Of a stretch of DNA of 64,000 nucleotides, positions 9,872 to 21,773 are shown in pieces. Positions within the stretch are counted from its first letter, which is position 1. The number at the start of each line of letters is the position of its first letter. Source of the stretch: Spirochaetia bacterium. Lineage in GTDB: Bacteria; Spirochaetota; Spirochaetia; UBA9216. The notes below the pieces were generated by a model. That model saw only the letters and a program-made list of their open reading frames with translations. It searched no databases and was not told where the DNA came from. The DNA lies in contig CAXXYH010000003.1 in the NCBI GenBank assembly GCA_963677925.2, positions 1,184,001 to 1,248,000 on the forward strand. Direction: 5' to 3'. The position numbers and the translations under genes are program-made.

Positions 9872-11491
9872 TCAATAGCTGTTAATCCTCTTCCTAAGCG
9901 GCAGGATTTGTGGTGGAGAAACTGATAGCTCATCTATTCCAGCTTCAATAAAAAACTCAGTAAGTTCCGGATAGGAAGCCATCTCTCCGCAAATTCCAAC
10001 CTCAATTCCCTTTTTATGAGCATTTGCTACAGTTAACTTTATTAAATCAAGAACTGCCTTGTGATTTCTATCAGTGTATTTTGATAGATAAGGATTCTGC
10101 CTGTCTATGCAGAGGGTATATTGAGTAAGATCATTCGTACCAATACTGAAAAAATCGACTTCTTCTGCGAGTTCAGAACTCAAAATTGCTGCAGCAGGAG
10201 TTTCAATCATAATGCCAATAGATAAATCTTGTCTGCAGCTTTGACCTTCACTTACCAGTTCTATACAGACCTCTTTAATTATTTTTTTTATTTTAACAAT
10301 TTCTTCAACACTAATAATCATCGGAAACATAACTGCAATATTCCCATATGCAGAGGCACGATATATAGCCCTTAACTGTGTTTTAAAAATCTGCGGTTTT
10401 TCAAAGCACAGCCTTATACCACGCATACCCAATGCAGGGTTAAACTCCGGGAGCAGCCCAAGATAATCAAGCTGCTTATCAGCTCCGACATCAAGTGTCC
10501 TGATAATAACTTCGGCCCCGCTCATATTCTCTGCAGCATTTTTGTAGATTAAAAACTGCTCCTCTTCCGAAGGAAGTTCTTCACGTTCTAAAAATATAAA
10601 CTCACTTCGAAAAAGCCCGATTCCTTCCGCATCATTTTCTTTAACCGCTTCAATATCTGATAAAGCTCCGATATTTGCATACAGCTTTATTGATTGACCG
10701 CTGGAGGTTATAGATTTCTTTCCTATGAATTTTTTTAGTTCATCCTGTTTCGACCCAGCCAATTCAATCAGCTTCCGGTATTTTAAGATCATATCAGGAT
10801 CAGGATTAATGATCAGCCTGCTTTTATCGGCATCAAGTATTGCCTTCTCAACCTTAAGGCTATCCGGAAAATCAACTCCGGACAGTGTAACAGCAGGTAT
10901 TCCCATTGTTCTTGCAAGAATTGCTGTATGAGAATTTATCGAACCATTTCGCATTAGAATGCCTAGAATCTTATCTCTATCAAGATGTACTGTTTCGCTC
11001 GGGGTGAGATCATCAGTAACAAGAATAACAGGTTCTTCATAAATATTACTTCTGGTTTGTTCCGGGTTCAGGATAAGCATTATCCTTGCTGTTATGTCTT
11101 TCACATCTGACTTTCTTTCTTCTATATAAGTAACGCCTGAGTCCTTCAGATATTCTTTAAAAAAATCTTCAGCAGAAAATACAGCAAATTCAGCGTTTAC
11201 TTTTTCTGAAGTTATCAAATCAATTACATAATTCTGATAGTCATGATCTTCGATCATCATTGACTGGATTTCGAAAATCTGAGCTGCAGATTCTCCTACT
11301 AATTCTACAGAATCAGCACACAGCTCCTGCAGCTGTGCTGCAGCCTGCTCGCATGCATATAAAAATCTTTTTATTTCAGATCCATAATCCTGAACAAGCT
11401 TTCGAGTAATATTGTTATCAATCTTTTTATAATAGTATACAGGGCCCATAGCAATTCCGGAAGAAACACTTTCGCCATTAAAGATAACCAT
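9872..11491 (-). CDS. ptsI: PTS enzyme I (PEP-protein phosphotransferase)
   Basis: SHTAILAR phospho-His, GIGLFRSEF, IRTLDVGADK, FFSIGTNDLTQY, GICGE. Confidence 0.97.
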   Translation of the reverse strand: MVIFNGESVSSGIAMGPVYYYKKIDNNITRKLVQDYGSEIKRFLYACEQAAAQLQELCADSVELVGESAAQIFEIQSMMIEDHDYQNYVIDLITSEKVNAEFAVFSAEDFFKEYLKDSGVTYIEERKSDVKDITARIMLILNPEQTRSNIYEEPVILVTDDLTPSETVHLDRDKILGILMRNGSINSHTAILARTMGIPAVTLSGVDFPDSLKVEKAILDADKSRLIINPDPDMILKYRKLIELAGSKQDELKKFIGKKSITSSGQSIKLYANIGALSDIEAVKENDAEGIGLFRSEFIFLEREELPSEEEQFLIYKNAAENMSGAEVIIRTLDVGADKQLDYLGLLPEFNPALGMRGIRLCFEKPQIFKTQLRAIYRASAYGNIAVMFPMIISVEEIVKIKKIIKEVCIELVSEGQSCRQDLSIGIMIETPAAAILSSELAEEVDFFSIGTNDLTQYTLCIDRQNPYLSKYTDRNHKAVLDLIKLTVANAHKKGIEVGICGEMASYPELTEFFIEAGIDELSVSPPQILPLRKRINSY

Positions 11492-11513
11492 TTAAACACC
11501 TGTCCCGATTAAT

Positions 11514-11774
11514 TTAAAAATGCTCTTTGAGAAATTCAAGAACCGTCGCCATAGACACCTTCTCATCACCGCCGTCTACAACCACGGTTATAGTATCATC
11601 TTTTTTCACACCAAGCTTCATGAGTGCAAAAAGTCTATCTGCACCTGCAGTTTTTCCATCAGTCGTTTTTATTGACACCGATGAATCAAGCTGCTTGACA
11701 ACCTTCGCCAGCAAACCTGCCGGCCGGGCATGAATTCCGTTTTCATCTGTTATTATAAATGTTTGTTCTTTCAC
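11514..11774 (-). CDS. ptsH: Phosphocarrier protein HPr (Ser46 position not conserved)
   Basis: GIHARPA His15 motif; ADRLFALM where KSIMGVM/KSLFKL is usual. Confidence 0.95.
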   Translation of the reverse strand: MKEQTFIITDENGIHARPAGLLAKVVKQLDSSVSIKTTDGKTAGADRLFALMKLGVKKDDTITVVVDGGDEKVSMATVLEFLKEHF

Positions 11775-12277
11775 TATCTGTCTCCTGTCTGCTTATCTGA
11801 TTTTTTTACTTTTATCAGATCATCACCTGCTTCAACACTTACTGATTTAACAGACACTACCTCAAGGTAATCTTCAGTATTAACTATCGTAACCGGAGTT
11901 GTAATATCATATCCAAGTTTTTCTATTTTTTTAATATTTATCTTCAGGAGAGGATCCCCAATGTTTACTTTATCTCCTTCTTTTACATAACTTTTAAAAT
12001 GCTTACCCTTTAATTCAACTGTATTCTGTCCAACATGAATTAAAACATCAACGCCATCGTCAGATTTTAATCCAACTGCATGAAAAGTTTCACAAAGGGT
12101 ATCAACAATTCCATTAACAGGTGAAAAAACCTTGTTCCCTGTCGGAATAACTGCTGCTCCCTCACCCATAACCTTTGAAGAAAATGCAGGATCACTAATT
12201 GACTCCAGAGGAACAACCTCGCCCTTAACTGGAGAAGGTATATTTATAATCATTGTATTTTGCATTTCTTTATCCAA
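11774..12277 (-). CDS. crr: PTS glucose-family EIIA
   Basis: DPAFSSKVMGEG, HAVGL, LIHVGQNTVEL. Confidence 0.93.
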   Translation of the reverse strand: MDKEMQNTMIINIPSPVKGEVVPLESISDPAFSSKVMGEGAAVIPTGNKVFSPVNGIVDTLCETFHAVGLKSDDGVDVLIHVGQNTVELKGKHFKSYVKEGDKVNIGDPLLKINIKKIEKLGYDITTPVTIVNTEDYLEVVSVKSVSVEAGDDLIKVKKSDKQTGDR

Positions 12278-12307
12278 AAAACACTCCTATCTTCTGCTGT
12301 ACAATTT

Positions 12308-13162
12308 TCAGGAATTTGAGTTTTTAATTTTTGTATTATTCACCATCCGTTCTATTCCCAGAATCAGGTATAGGCTATCGTCCGAACAAATATTCAAACT
12401 ATATTTATTCTTTACCCAGTCGGATATTTTAATTACAGATTTATAAGCTTCAGGATATTTTTCCCGTAGAATATTCAGAAGTTCATCATCCGAACTTTCA
12501 TTTATACTGCTGCTAATAAGTCTCTGGGCAAAAATTCTTATACTATTCACAAATCGCAAATAACCTACAGAGTCTTCATCCAGTTCAATATTAAAATCAG
12601 CTTTAACCATATCAGTTATTTCACCAATCATTTTAGTCATTTTCATAACATTGGTCATATCAATATCAGTTGAAGCATTTACAAAATGAAGAGCTATAAA
12701 TCCGGCTTCATCAATTTGGAAGTCAAGTCCGGTCTCATGTTTCAAAATATCAACAGCCATAACACCAATCTCAAACTCTTCACGATAATACCTCTTTATA
12801 TCCCACACAAGAGGATTCTGCAGAGTAATACCTTTCTTATAACGTTCAATAGCCATATTTATGTGATCCGACAAGGATACATATATACCATCATTCAGCT
12901 GCTTCCTGAATACATTAACAGCGTATTCAATAATCCGTTCAGTAATAAGAATATATTTCAAAGGTATTTCTGATAAAATTGCCTGAAACTTATCCAGGGA
13001 AATACCATCGGCAATAGTAAATATTTTTTCAACTTTTTCCGGGTCAATCAAATCACCGGCACGCTGCTGAAATCCGAGACCTTTTCCAAGGACAACTACT
13101 TCCCTGTCATTATCGTTCAATGCCACAACAGCATTATTGTTAAGTACCTTTCGTATTTTCAC
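12308..13162 (-). CDS. licT: BglG/LicT family transcriptional antiterminator
   Basis: CAT domain KVLNNN...VLGKGLGF; PRD1 LSDHI and IALHF; PRD2 histidines absent. Confidence 0.95.
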   Translation of the reverse strand: MKIRKVLNNNAVVALNDNDREVVVLGKGLGFQQRAGDLIDPEKVEKIFTIADGISLDKFQAILSEIPLKYILITERIIEYAVNVFRKQLNDGIYVSLSDHINMAIERYKKGITLQNPLVWDIKRYYREEFEIGVMAVDILKHETGLDFQIDEAGFIALHFVNASTDIDMTNVMKMTKMIGEITDMVKADFNIELDEDSVGYLRFVNSIRIFAQRLISSSINESSDDELLNILREKYPEAYKSVIKISDWVKNKYSLNICSDDSLYLILGIERMVNNTKIKNSNS

Positions 13163-13178
13163 CTATTAACCCCAATAT

Positions 13179-13207
13179 GCAGGCCATACAGTTAAAGTAT
13201 GGCCTGC
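13179..13207. terminator. Intergenic stem-loop upstream of licT
   Basis: GCAGGCCATAC-7nt-GTATGGCCTGC; no clear U-tract. Confidence 0.45.
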
Positions 13208-13228
13208 CCAAATAAGTACTTTAAAATT

Positions 13229-14068
13229 CTAATACGCATCACCTAAAATATAATTAACACCCTTTTTAAGTTCACTGATCAGATCTCCTCCTTTACTGGC
13301 ATTGTCCTGATCAATCATAACTCCATACGGAAATAAATCAAGCTCCGATAGAAGTTCCATGACTGAAACATGATCAACAATTCCATCGCCGATACTGCAA
13401 AACGCTTCCTCTTTCTGAACTTCACTATAATTCGAGTTAATATCTTTAAAGTGAACGGCTATTATTCTATCCTTATATTCACGGATAAACTTTACAGGAT
13501 CACCGCCGCCGTACACAGCCCAACCTGTATCAATCTCTGCAGTTACACAGGGCCCGCTTTTTTTCATTATATATTCCATAACACTTATCCTACCATACTC
13601 GGTATCAGCACTGTGGAACTCCATATCATGATTGTGAATACTTAAAGTGATCCCCAATGGATTTAGTTTAAGATTGGCTTCGGTTATATCCAAAGCCAGG
13701 GCTGCAGCCTTATCCAGCTTTAATTCATCAAGCATGGGGCTGAAAATGAAATGCTTAATTCCTGTTTTCTTCGAGACACTCATAAGATCATCTATGCATT
13801 CAACAGCTGTCTTTTCAAGAAAACCGACATGTGCCGATGAAATTTCAAGACCAAGCTTTTTCATTCGCGGCTTCATCTCAAGTATGGTATCTGCCGACCA
13901 GATACAGAACTTCACCCTTCTTGAAGGAATTTCTTCGACTTTTTGCCAGTCGAGCAATACAAAGGGTTCAACCGCACTGAAACCGCAGCGTTTTATATTC
14001 TCCAGAGTTCCCCAGAGATCATCTTTCATTAATAATGCCGGTCCGTATAATCCACAACTTAACTGCAT
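13229..14068 (-). CDS. Sugar phosphate isomerase/epimerase (xylose-isomerase-like TIM barrel)
   Basis: HNHDMEF, EIDTGW, VHFKD, IGDGIVD. Confidence 0.88.
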   Translation of the reverse strand: MQLSCGLYGPALLMKDDLWGTLENIKRCGFSAVEPFVLLDWQKVEEIPSRRVKFCIWSADTILEMKPRMKKLGLEISSAHVGFLEKTAVECIDDLMSVSKKTGIKHFIFSPMLDELKLDKAAALALDITEANLKLNPLGITLSIHNHDMEFHSADTEYGRISVMEYIMKKSGPCVTAEIDTGWAVYGGGDPVKFIREYKDRIIAVHFKDINSNYSEVQKEEAFCSIGDGIVDHVSVMELLSELDLFPYGVMIDQDNASKGGDLISELKKGVNYILGDAY

Positions 14069-14108
14069 TCTGTATTCTCCGGTTTATAATATAACTGCTC
14101 CACCGGCA

Positions 14109-15473
14109 TTAATTACTGCTTTTTACAAGCATTTTGTCATTATAGCCGAAAATGTATGTTGCAGTAAAACTAAGAATCAGTGCAGAAAACATTCCTATAG
14201 CGCCAACACTACCATACATAGCTACAACCGCTGGTAATGTTAAAAGATTTCCAGATAAAAAAGCCGTAGCCAAAGAACCTGCTGTTGCAAGAAGAATCCC
14301 GCTAATTGCATTTGCTACGCATGCTATTACAAACGGTCTTTTATATTTCAAAACAACACCGTATATCGCAGGTTCAGTAACTCCACCCAGAAAAGCAGAA
14401 ATAACTGATGAGCCTGCTATCTGCTTAAGCTCTCGATCTTTGGTTTTAAAAAACACTGCAAGACAGGCTCCGGTTATAGCAAATCCTGTAGCAACTACAA
14501 TTGGCATAAGATTATCATATCCGTAGGCTGCATAATTATTCATCACAATTGGAATTAAACCCCAGTGAAGACCGAAAATGATCATAATCGGCCAGAAAAA
14601 ACCAAGAAGTGCACCTGCAACTGGTGGTGAAAAACCAAGAATTAAATCGATACCCTTTGCAAGATTGGAAGCAAGAATATCCGTAACAGGGCCAATCACT
14701 AAAAATGTCACTGGAAGAATAACAAGCAATGTAATGAAGGGTACCAGTATTCCCTGAATAACCTTCGGTAATACAAGCTTTAAAAGTTTTTCAAACCGGG
14801 ACTGAACATAAACAGCAATAATTACCGGAATTACCGAAGAAGTGTAGCGAATAAGTACAACCGGTATTCCAATGAAGGTTACTTCAGCGCCGCCGGAAGT
14901 AAGTGCAGTAATTGCAGGGTATACAAGGCCGGCTGCAATAGCCATTGAAATGTAGGGATTGGTTTTGAATTTTTTCCCAGCAGTATGCGCTAAAAAGAAT
15001 GGTAGAAAATAAAACACACCATCTGCCGCAGCAAAAAGAATTTTGTATGTAGTGCCCTCATTTGAAAGGATATTCGTAGTTACTAATAAAACAAGAAGAC
15101 CTTTAAGTAAACCTGCTGCCATGAATGCACCCATAAAAGGCATGAATATGCCTGATATGATATCAATTGCCTTTCCAAGAAAACTTTTATGATCGGCCTC
15201 TTCATCATCCCCCCCTAAATTTATAGAGGTTATCTTACCGATCTCTTCATATACATCGCTTACATCAGTACCAATTACTACCTGATACTGACCGCCTGCA
15301 ACAAGAACCTGTATAACTCCGTTAATCTGCTTAAGAGATTCTACGTCAACATTGTCCTTGTCTTTTACTTTAAATCTCAACCTGGTCATACAGTGATTTA
15401 AAGAAATAATATTTTGTTCTTCACCAAGTTCTCTGACAATATCTTTTGCCATTTGATTAAAATTTTTAGCCAC
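14109..15473 (-). CDS. Beta-glucoside PTS EIIBC
   Basis: EIIB HCMTRLRF and QVVIG; EIIC FGLHW and GVTEPAIYGV. Confidence 0.95.
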   Translation of the reverse strand: MAKNFNQMAKDIVRELGEEQNIISLNHCMTRLRFKVKDKDNVDVESLKQINGVIQVLVAGGQYQVVIGTDVSDVYEEIGKITSINLGGDDEEADHKSFLGKAIDIISGIFMPFMGAFMAAGLLKGLLVLLVTTNILSNEGTTYKILFAAADGVFYFLPFFLAHTAGKKFKTNPYISMAIAAGLVYPAITALTSGGAEVTFIGIPVVLIRYTSSVIPVIIAVYVQSRFEKLLKLVLPKVIQGILVPFITLLVILPVTFLVIGPVTDILASNLAKGIDLILGFSPPVAGALLGFFWPIMIIFGLHWGLIPIVMNNYAAYGYDNLMPIVVATGFAITGACLAVFFKTKDRELKQIAGSSVISAFLGGVTEPAIYGVVLKYKRPFVIACVANAISGILLATAGSLATAFLSGNLLTLPAVVAMYGSVGAIGMFSALILSFTATYIFGYNDKMLVKSSN

Positions 15474-15557
15474 AACTACTCCTCCTGTTTTTTTGGTAAT
15501 CAGCTAAATAATAAACTCCATATAAATCGATAAATGCTCCTAAACCTCCTTTTGGAC

Positions 15558-15607
15558 AAAAAAAATAGGCAAGCCGACTTATCCCTGAGGATAAGCAGAC
15601 TTGCCTA
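15558..15607 (-). terminator. LicT-controlled intrinsic terminator overlapping the RAT
   Basis: Minus strand TAGGCAAGTCTGCTTATCC-TCAG-GGATAAGTCGGCTTGCCTA followed by a T-run. Confidence 0.9.
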
Positions 15608-15625
15608 ATTTAATAGTAACAATCT
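15597..15625 (-). promoter_or_regulatory. RAT (ribonucleic antiterminator) site
   Basis: AGATTGTTACTATTAAATTAGGCAAGTCT matches the bgl/lic RAT pattern GGATTGTTACT...CAGGCAAAACC; its 3' half is the 5' arm of the terminator. Confidence 0.9.
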
Positions 15626-15690
15626 CTATTGACTAACAAGCTATCACAACAAAATGATAATGTCTATGCCAAATTATTCGAACACCGGAA

Positions 15691-17133
<1,443 letters not shown>

Positions 17134-17313
17134 TTACAGCAAGCGAGCTCTATTCATGCTCGCTCTGTGCAGAACACAATATAAACGTGAGTGATTTCAA
17201 TTACAATTATCCGTGATGCTTTCAAATAAAATATTTATTATTTTTTAATAAAAATCAGGAATAAATTGCTGCCCTGGACGTTTCCGCTGACTATTCATTC
17301 CTGATATAACAAA

Positions 17314-18204
17314 CTACAGCTTATCAAGATATGCTCTTATTGAATCAATATCATGGTTGACCTGTTGTTTAACTTCTTCAATCGAGTTAAATTTTTTAAC
17401 ACCTCTTATAAATACATGAACCTCAAGACTTATGATCTTTCCATATAAATCACCTGAAAAATCAAGTAAAAATGCTTCAATAGTCAGATAGTCATAATCA
17501 TCTACAGAAGGGCGTTTACCTATATTAGTGAGTCCTTTAACAGCCTTTCCGTCAATATCTGACAGCGTGCCGTAGACACCGTCAGAGGGAAGCTGCTTCC
17601 ATGGCTCAAAACCGATATTTGCAGTCGGCATGCCCACAGTACGCCCGAGAGCTTTTCCATGCATGACTTCACCCATTATAAGATATGGATGGCCAAGCAT
17701 TCTGTTGGCTTGCTCAAGAGAACCTTTGCACAGCACATCAAGTATTCTTTTAGAGGTAAGAGGTTTATTTTCAAACTCAACAGTATCAACTTCTATTAAC
17801 TTAAAACCATACTTTATAGAGCATGATTGAATCAGCTTAATTTGAGGATTCTGCTTCCCTGCAACAATGATTTCTGCCCCGGCAGTTTTACAAAGAAAAT
17901 CATTGATGAAATTTTCAATATCTGTTCCATCAAATTCATATTCTGCTGCAAATGAAATAATCTCATCAAGACCGGAATCTTTGAGTAAGGTATATTTTTC
18001 AAGCTTTGTAGAAAGTATTTTTTGTTTCTCCATAATTTCATCTGGATATTCAAAACAAACTATTGCAGGTTTTAATTTATTACTTTGAGCCAATTCTACA
18101 ACTTTATTTATAACACTCATGTGGCCCTGATGAATTCCATCAAAATCACCAAAAGCAATACATCTATTTTCTGTGCAAATTTCTTTATTGTTCAAAATTC
18201 TCAT
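17314..18204 (-). CDS. RibF-like riboflavin kinase/FAD synthetase paralogue (kinase domain intact, adenylyltransferase domain divergent)
   Basis: GDFDGIHQGH present; GxDFxFG and ISST motifs degenerate (AGKQNPQI, LTSKRI); kinase GRTVGMPTANI, NIGKRPSV, IEAFLLDFSGDLYG. Confidence 0.88.
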   Translation of the reverse strand: MRILNNKEICTENRCIAFGDFDGIHQGHMSVINKVVELAQSNKLKPAIVCFEYPDEIMEKQKILSTKLEKYTLLKDSGLDEIISFAAEYEFDGTDIENFINDFLCKTAGAEIIVAGKQNPQIKLIQSCSIKYGFKLIEVDTVEFENKPLTSKRILDVLCKGSLEQANRMLGHPYLIMGEVMHGKALGRTVGMPTANIGFEPWKQLPSDGVYGTLSDIDGKAVKGLTNIGKRPSVDDYDYLTIEAFLLDFSGDLYGKIISLEVHVFIRGVKKFNSIEEVKQQVNHDIDSIRAYLDKL

Positions 18205-18327
18205 ATCAACTCTTTCAGATAAGATTTCATTTCTTTGGATTATAAAAACAGGAATTAACTCTGTTTAATATTGCAGGTAAATGCAGGGATTTCGAAGAAC
18301 TCCAGCCCTTCGAAATCCGTAAAAGTA

Positions 18328-19683
18328 TTATTTAACCAGGCTTGGAGAACTTTTCCTTGTTCCAATCAGAAAAATAATCATACCAATTGCAAAATATCCG
18401 GCAGTCCAGGCCCATAGCTGCCATCCTCCGGAGACAATTCCCGGGATATATGCACAAATTATTATAACAAATGTTGCTATTGGAAGAAAATTTCCACCTG
18501 GTGCCTTGAATACATCTTTAACATCAGGATTCTTTTTTCGAGCTGCAATGATGGTCAGACATACTATAGCAACAACAATAGCGTTACAAAGCGCACCAAG
18601 ATTGACTATCAGATTCGTAAACTTCGGAAAAGCTGCAACAACACCGACAACCACCATCACAACTATAAGAGAGTTGACCGGCATATTAGTGCTATTGCTC
18701 GTTTTGGCAAAAAACTTTGGAAGGATCCCGCTTTCTGCAGAAGCCTGCAGTGCCCTGGCGGATAATGCTATAACAACAATTATTGTAGTAAGAAGCGCCA
18801 GAACTGCAGATATTGAAATCAGTGGTACAAGCCATGGAATAGATGCAAGCTTCGTAAATGCGGCTGCATAAAGGGGAATATATGCCATACCGGGATTTTC
18901 CTGCAGAAAACCGGAGTTCACCAATCCAAGTGTAGCCAGAATTGTCAGTACATATAAGATTAAAACTACAGTCATTGCAATTGACATTGCCTTTGGAACA
19001 GTTTTATTTGGATTCTTAATTTCACCAACCATAAATGAAACTGAAACTATCGAACCAAATGCAACCATTGCTACTGGAATAGCTCCCATAAATCCAAATG
19101 TTCCTTCAGCTCCCTGAGTGAAAAATGGTTTTAATAAGTTTGAATCCCAATGTCCGGAAAACAGTGCAATACAAATAAATATTACCATTGTTACTGCCAA
19201 ACCAATGGTCAGGCCGGTGTTAATCTTTCCCATAGCCGTTATTTTAACCACGTTTAATATACCGCAGAATAAAACAGCTGCAATTGCCAAAGGCACCTGA
19301 TATGCTCCCAATGCAGGAAAACTTACACCTAGATAAATACTCACGTAAATCGCGGAAAAAGCAGCCCCTGCAATACATCCGAATAGATATGCCCATGAAG
19401 AAATCCAGCCCCATAATTTCCCCTGCTTTTCTGTTTTACCGAGAGACTTGGAGGGAAAAACAAAAATACCGCCTGAGTGCGGAAAAATAGTTGATAATTC
19501 CGCAGTTTGAAGACCATAGGCAAAAAGAATAATTGCAGCGATTATCCATGATAAAATTGCAGCCGGGCCTGCGTTTAAAATTGTAACACCGGATAATGAA
19601 AAGATTGCGCTACCAATCATTCCACCGATCAAGATTGATGAACTGTCCATCAATCCCAGCTTTCCTTGTTCCTTTTTTGACAT
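18328..19683 (-). CDS. APC family permease
   Basis: 12 TM pattern, GMIGSAIF, AELSTIFPHSGG, GEIKNPNKTVPKA. Confidence 0.93.
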   Translation of the reverse strand: MSKKEQGKLGLMDSSSILIGGMIGSAIFSLSGVTILNAGPAAILSWIIAAIILFAYGLQTAELSTIFPHSGGIFVFPSKSLGKTEKQGKLWGWISSWAYLFGCIAGAAFSAIYVSIYLGVSFPALGAYQVPLAIAAVLFCGILNVVKITAMGKINTGLTIGLAVTMVIFICIALFSGHWDSNLLKPFFTQGAEGTFGFMGAIPVAMVAFGSIVSVSFMVGEIKNPNKTVPKAMSIAMTVVLILYVLTILATLGLVNSGFLQENPGMAYIPLYAAAFTKLASIPWLVPLISISAVLALLTTIIVVIALSARALQASAESGILPKFFAKTSNSTNMPVNSLIVVMVVVGVVAAFPKFTNLIVNLGALCNAIVVAIVCLTIIAARKKNPDVKDVFKAPGGNFLPIATFVIIICAYIPGIVSGGWQLWAWTAGYFAIGMIIFLIGTRKSSPSLVK

Positions 19684-19740
19684 ACTAATCTATCCTCCTA
19701 ATCATTCCTTAAAGATTCAACCTGTTTTAAAACAATGTTT

Positions 19741-20772
19741 TTATGTTTCAATTACAATCCTATAAGTAGCCGGATCTATTGCCCGCTCAAAGGCGTAATC
19801 AATATTTGATAACGGAACAACCTCGGAAACAAGTTTCGATGCATCGATTATTCCGAATGAGAGCAGTCTAACTGCTGACATAAAATCCTGTGTGTTTGAA
19901 TTAACTGCACCTGTAATAATCTTTTCTGATGAATGAACTGAATTAACATCCAGTTCTATTGGTTTGCCTTTCGGGAAAGAGGAATACATAACTACAAAGC
20001 CATTATTTCCTGTCATATTGATACTCTGTTCTGCAAGCGATGTTAATGCAGCGGTACAGAACACAACATCCGCCCCCCTTCCATCAGTATATTCCTTGAC
20101 TTTTGCTACAGCATCCTCTTCACGCGAGTTTATAAGAATATCTGCACCCATGAGCTTCGCCATCTCCAGTCGCTTGTCATCAACCTCACAGGCTATAACT
20201 CTGGCACCTTTAAGCTTTGCCAGCTGGATATGGAAAGCACCCATGATCCCGTTTCCAACAACAACTACATCATTTCCAAGCTGTATATTTGCGTTATTAA
20301 TACTGTGTACACAACAGGCTAACGGTTCAGTCAGGGCTGCATATTTTAATTCAAGGTCATCGGAGACTTTGTACAGGGCTTTAGCCTCAATCAGCATGTA
20401 CTCTGCAAATCCGCCGGGACCGCCTACCCCTTCGTGGATATTTGCAATAAAAGCAGTCTCACATTTACTCTCATGACCTGTTCGGCAGTAATAACATTCA
20501 CCACAGGTTGTCAAAATCCTGGCGGCTACCTTGTCACCGATTTTCAGATTCTTAACTTTATCGCCTACCGCTGCAACTGTTCCGGCCGCCTCATGACCTC
20601 CCGCATACGGATATCTCTGAAAAATACCGTTATAGATTCTTTGTTCCAGCGTACAGATAGCGCAGTTGGTGATTTTTACAAGAACCTGCGATCCCTGTGG
20701 TTCCCTGATTTCTTTTTCATCAAAATTGAATTTCTTCACATCTGAATGAATTGCAACTTTGTATGTCTTCAT
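19741..20772 (-). CDS. Zn-dependent MDR polyol/alcohol dehydrogenase
   Basis: AICT...GHE...EP catalytic Zn, CGECYYCRTGHESKC structural Zn, GNGIMG Rossmann motif with acidic CEVD (NAD). Confidence 0.93.
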   Translation of the reverse strand: MKTYKVAIHSDVKKFNFDEKEIREPQGSQVLVKITNCAICTLEQRIYNGIFQRYPYAGGHEAAGTVAAVGDKVKNLKIGDKVAARILTTCGECYYCRTGHESKCETAFIANIHEGVGGPGGFAEYMLIEAKALYKVSDDLELKYAALTEPLACCVHSINNANIQLGNDVVVVGNGIMGAFHIQLAKLKGARVIACEVDDKRLEMAKLMGADILINSREEDAVAKVKEYTDGRGADVVFCTAALTSLAEQSINMTGNNGFVVMYSSFPKGKPIELDVNSVHSSEKIITGAVNSNTQDFMSAVRLLSFGIIDASKLVSEVVPLSNIDYAFERAIDPATYRIVIET

Positions 20773-20780
20773 CTTTTCTC

Positions 20781-21581
20781 CTAGAATTTCTTATTCAACT
20801 CTTTGAGAGCTGCATCAACACTGCAGTTTTCATGTATCATTTTTGCTATAGCACCTGCATATCTGGCAGGATCTTCATGTCCCCAGATATTTCTTCCCAT
20901 AGCTACACCCGCTCCGCCGGCATCAATCGAATCTTTAATTTCTGCGAGAAGTTTCTCTTCCGATACTTTTTTACTGCCCCCGAGAATAACTACCGGAACA
21001 TATACACTTTCACATAACTCATGAAATGTTTCCTGTGACCCCGTATACTCGGTTTTAATGACATCGGCGCCCATCTCAGCACCCATTCTGCAGGCGAAGG
21101 TTATATTCTCCGGAGTACGTGAATCTTCACCTCCCTCGAACCCCCTGGGAAGCATCTCAGCAACAACCGGAACACCCCACTGATCGGCGTCCAGTATATT
21201 TCTTGAAAGGTCATTCAGAATCTGGTCTTCCCATTTGGATCCAGGGAACCCCATGCTGATAACCGCATCAGCCCCAAGTCTTAATGCATCTTCAACTTTA
21301 ACAACAGTCTGCAGAGGCTTTGACTTTGAACCCAAAAATGAACATGAACCATCCAGGCGAAGAATTATCCCCCTGCCGTGAAACTTATCTGCAAATTTAG
21401 CAGCAAGTCCAACGGTAGACAGAAAGGCATCTGCTCCTGCTCTGGCGACTTCACTGATTATTTTTCCAGGTTCTTTCATGGCCGGCAGAACATTGAACAT
21501 ATTGCCATGGTCCATTGCCATGATAAAAACTTTTCTGTCTTCCCTGAATAGATGATTCATACGATGTGTTTTTGTTGACAT
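20781..21581 (-). CDS. Class I DhnA/LsrF-type aldolase
   Basis: AMDHG, ALRLGADA, GADVIKT Schiff-base Lys, ILGG, AMGRNIW phosphate site. Confidence 0.92.
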   Translation of the reverse strand: MSTKTHRMNHLFREDRKVFIMAMDHGNMFNVLPAMKEPGKIISEVARAGADAFLSTVGLAAKFADKFHGRGIILRLDGSCSFLGSKSKPLQTVVKVEDALRLGADAVISMGFPGSKWEDQILNDLSRNILDADQWGVPVVAEMLPRGFEGGEDSRTPENITFACRMGAEMGADVIKTEYTGSQETFHELCESVYVPVVILGGSKKVSEEKLLAEIKDSIDAGGAGVAMGRNIWGHEDPARYAGAIAKMIHENCSVDAALKELNKKF

Positions 21582-21608
21582 ATATATGCTTCCTATTTTT
21601 ATTCAATT

Positions 21609-21659
21609 TTTTTGGGTGTTACATATGCTCACCATGCGATCATTTGTAACACCCAAAAA
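21609..21659. promoter_or_regulatory. Candidate SorC-family operator (15-bp perfect arms, 21-bp spacer)
   Basis: TTTTTGGGTGTTACA-N21-TGTAACACCCAAAAA directly downstream of a predicted -10; A-tract after the stem on both strands argues against a terminator. Confidence 0.7.
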
Positions 21660-21660
21660 C

Positions 21661-21689
21661 AGACTAACACAGCATACCTGAGAAGTAAA
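21661..21689 (-). promoter_or_regulatory. Putative sigma70 promoter of the aldolase operon
   Basis: TTTACT-N17-TAGTCT with TG extension. Confidence 0.55.
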
Positions 21690-21773
21690 GCTTTTTAAGA
21701 AAAAATTTAAAGATTTATAACCTGGTTTTTTAAAGGGAGGGTTGCTGCTAAATATCCGGACAAAGAAAAGATT

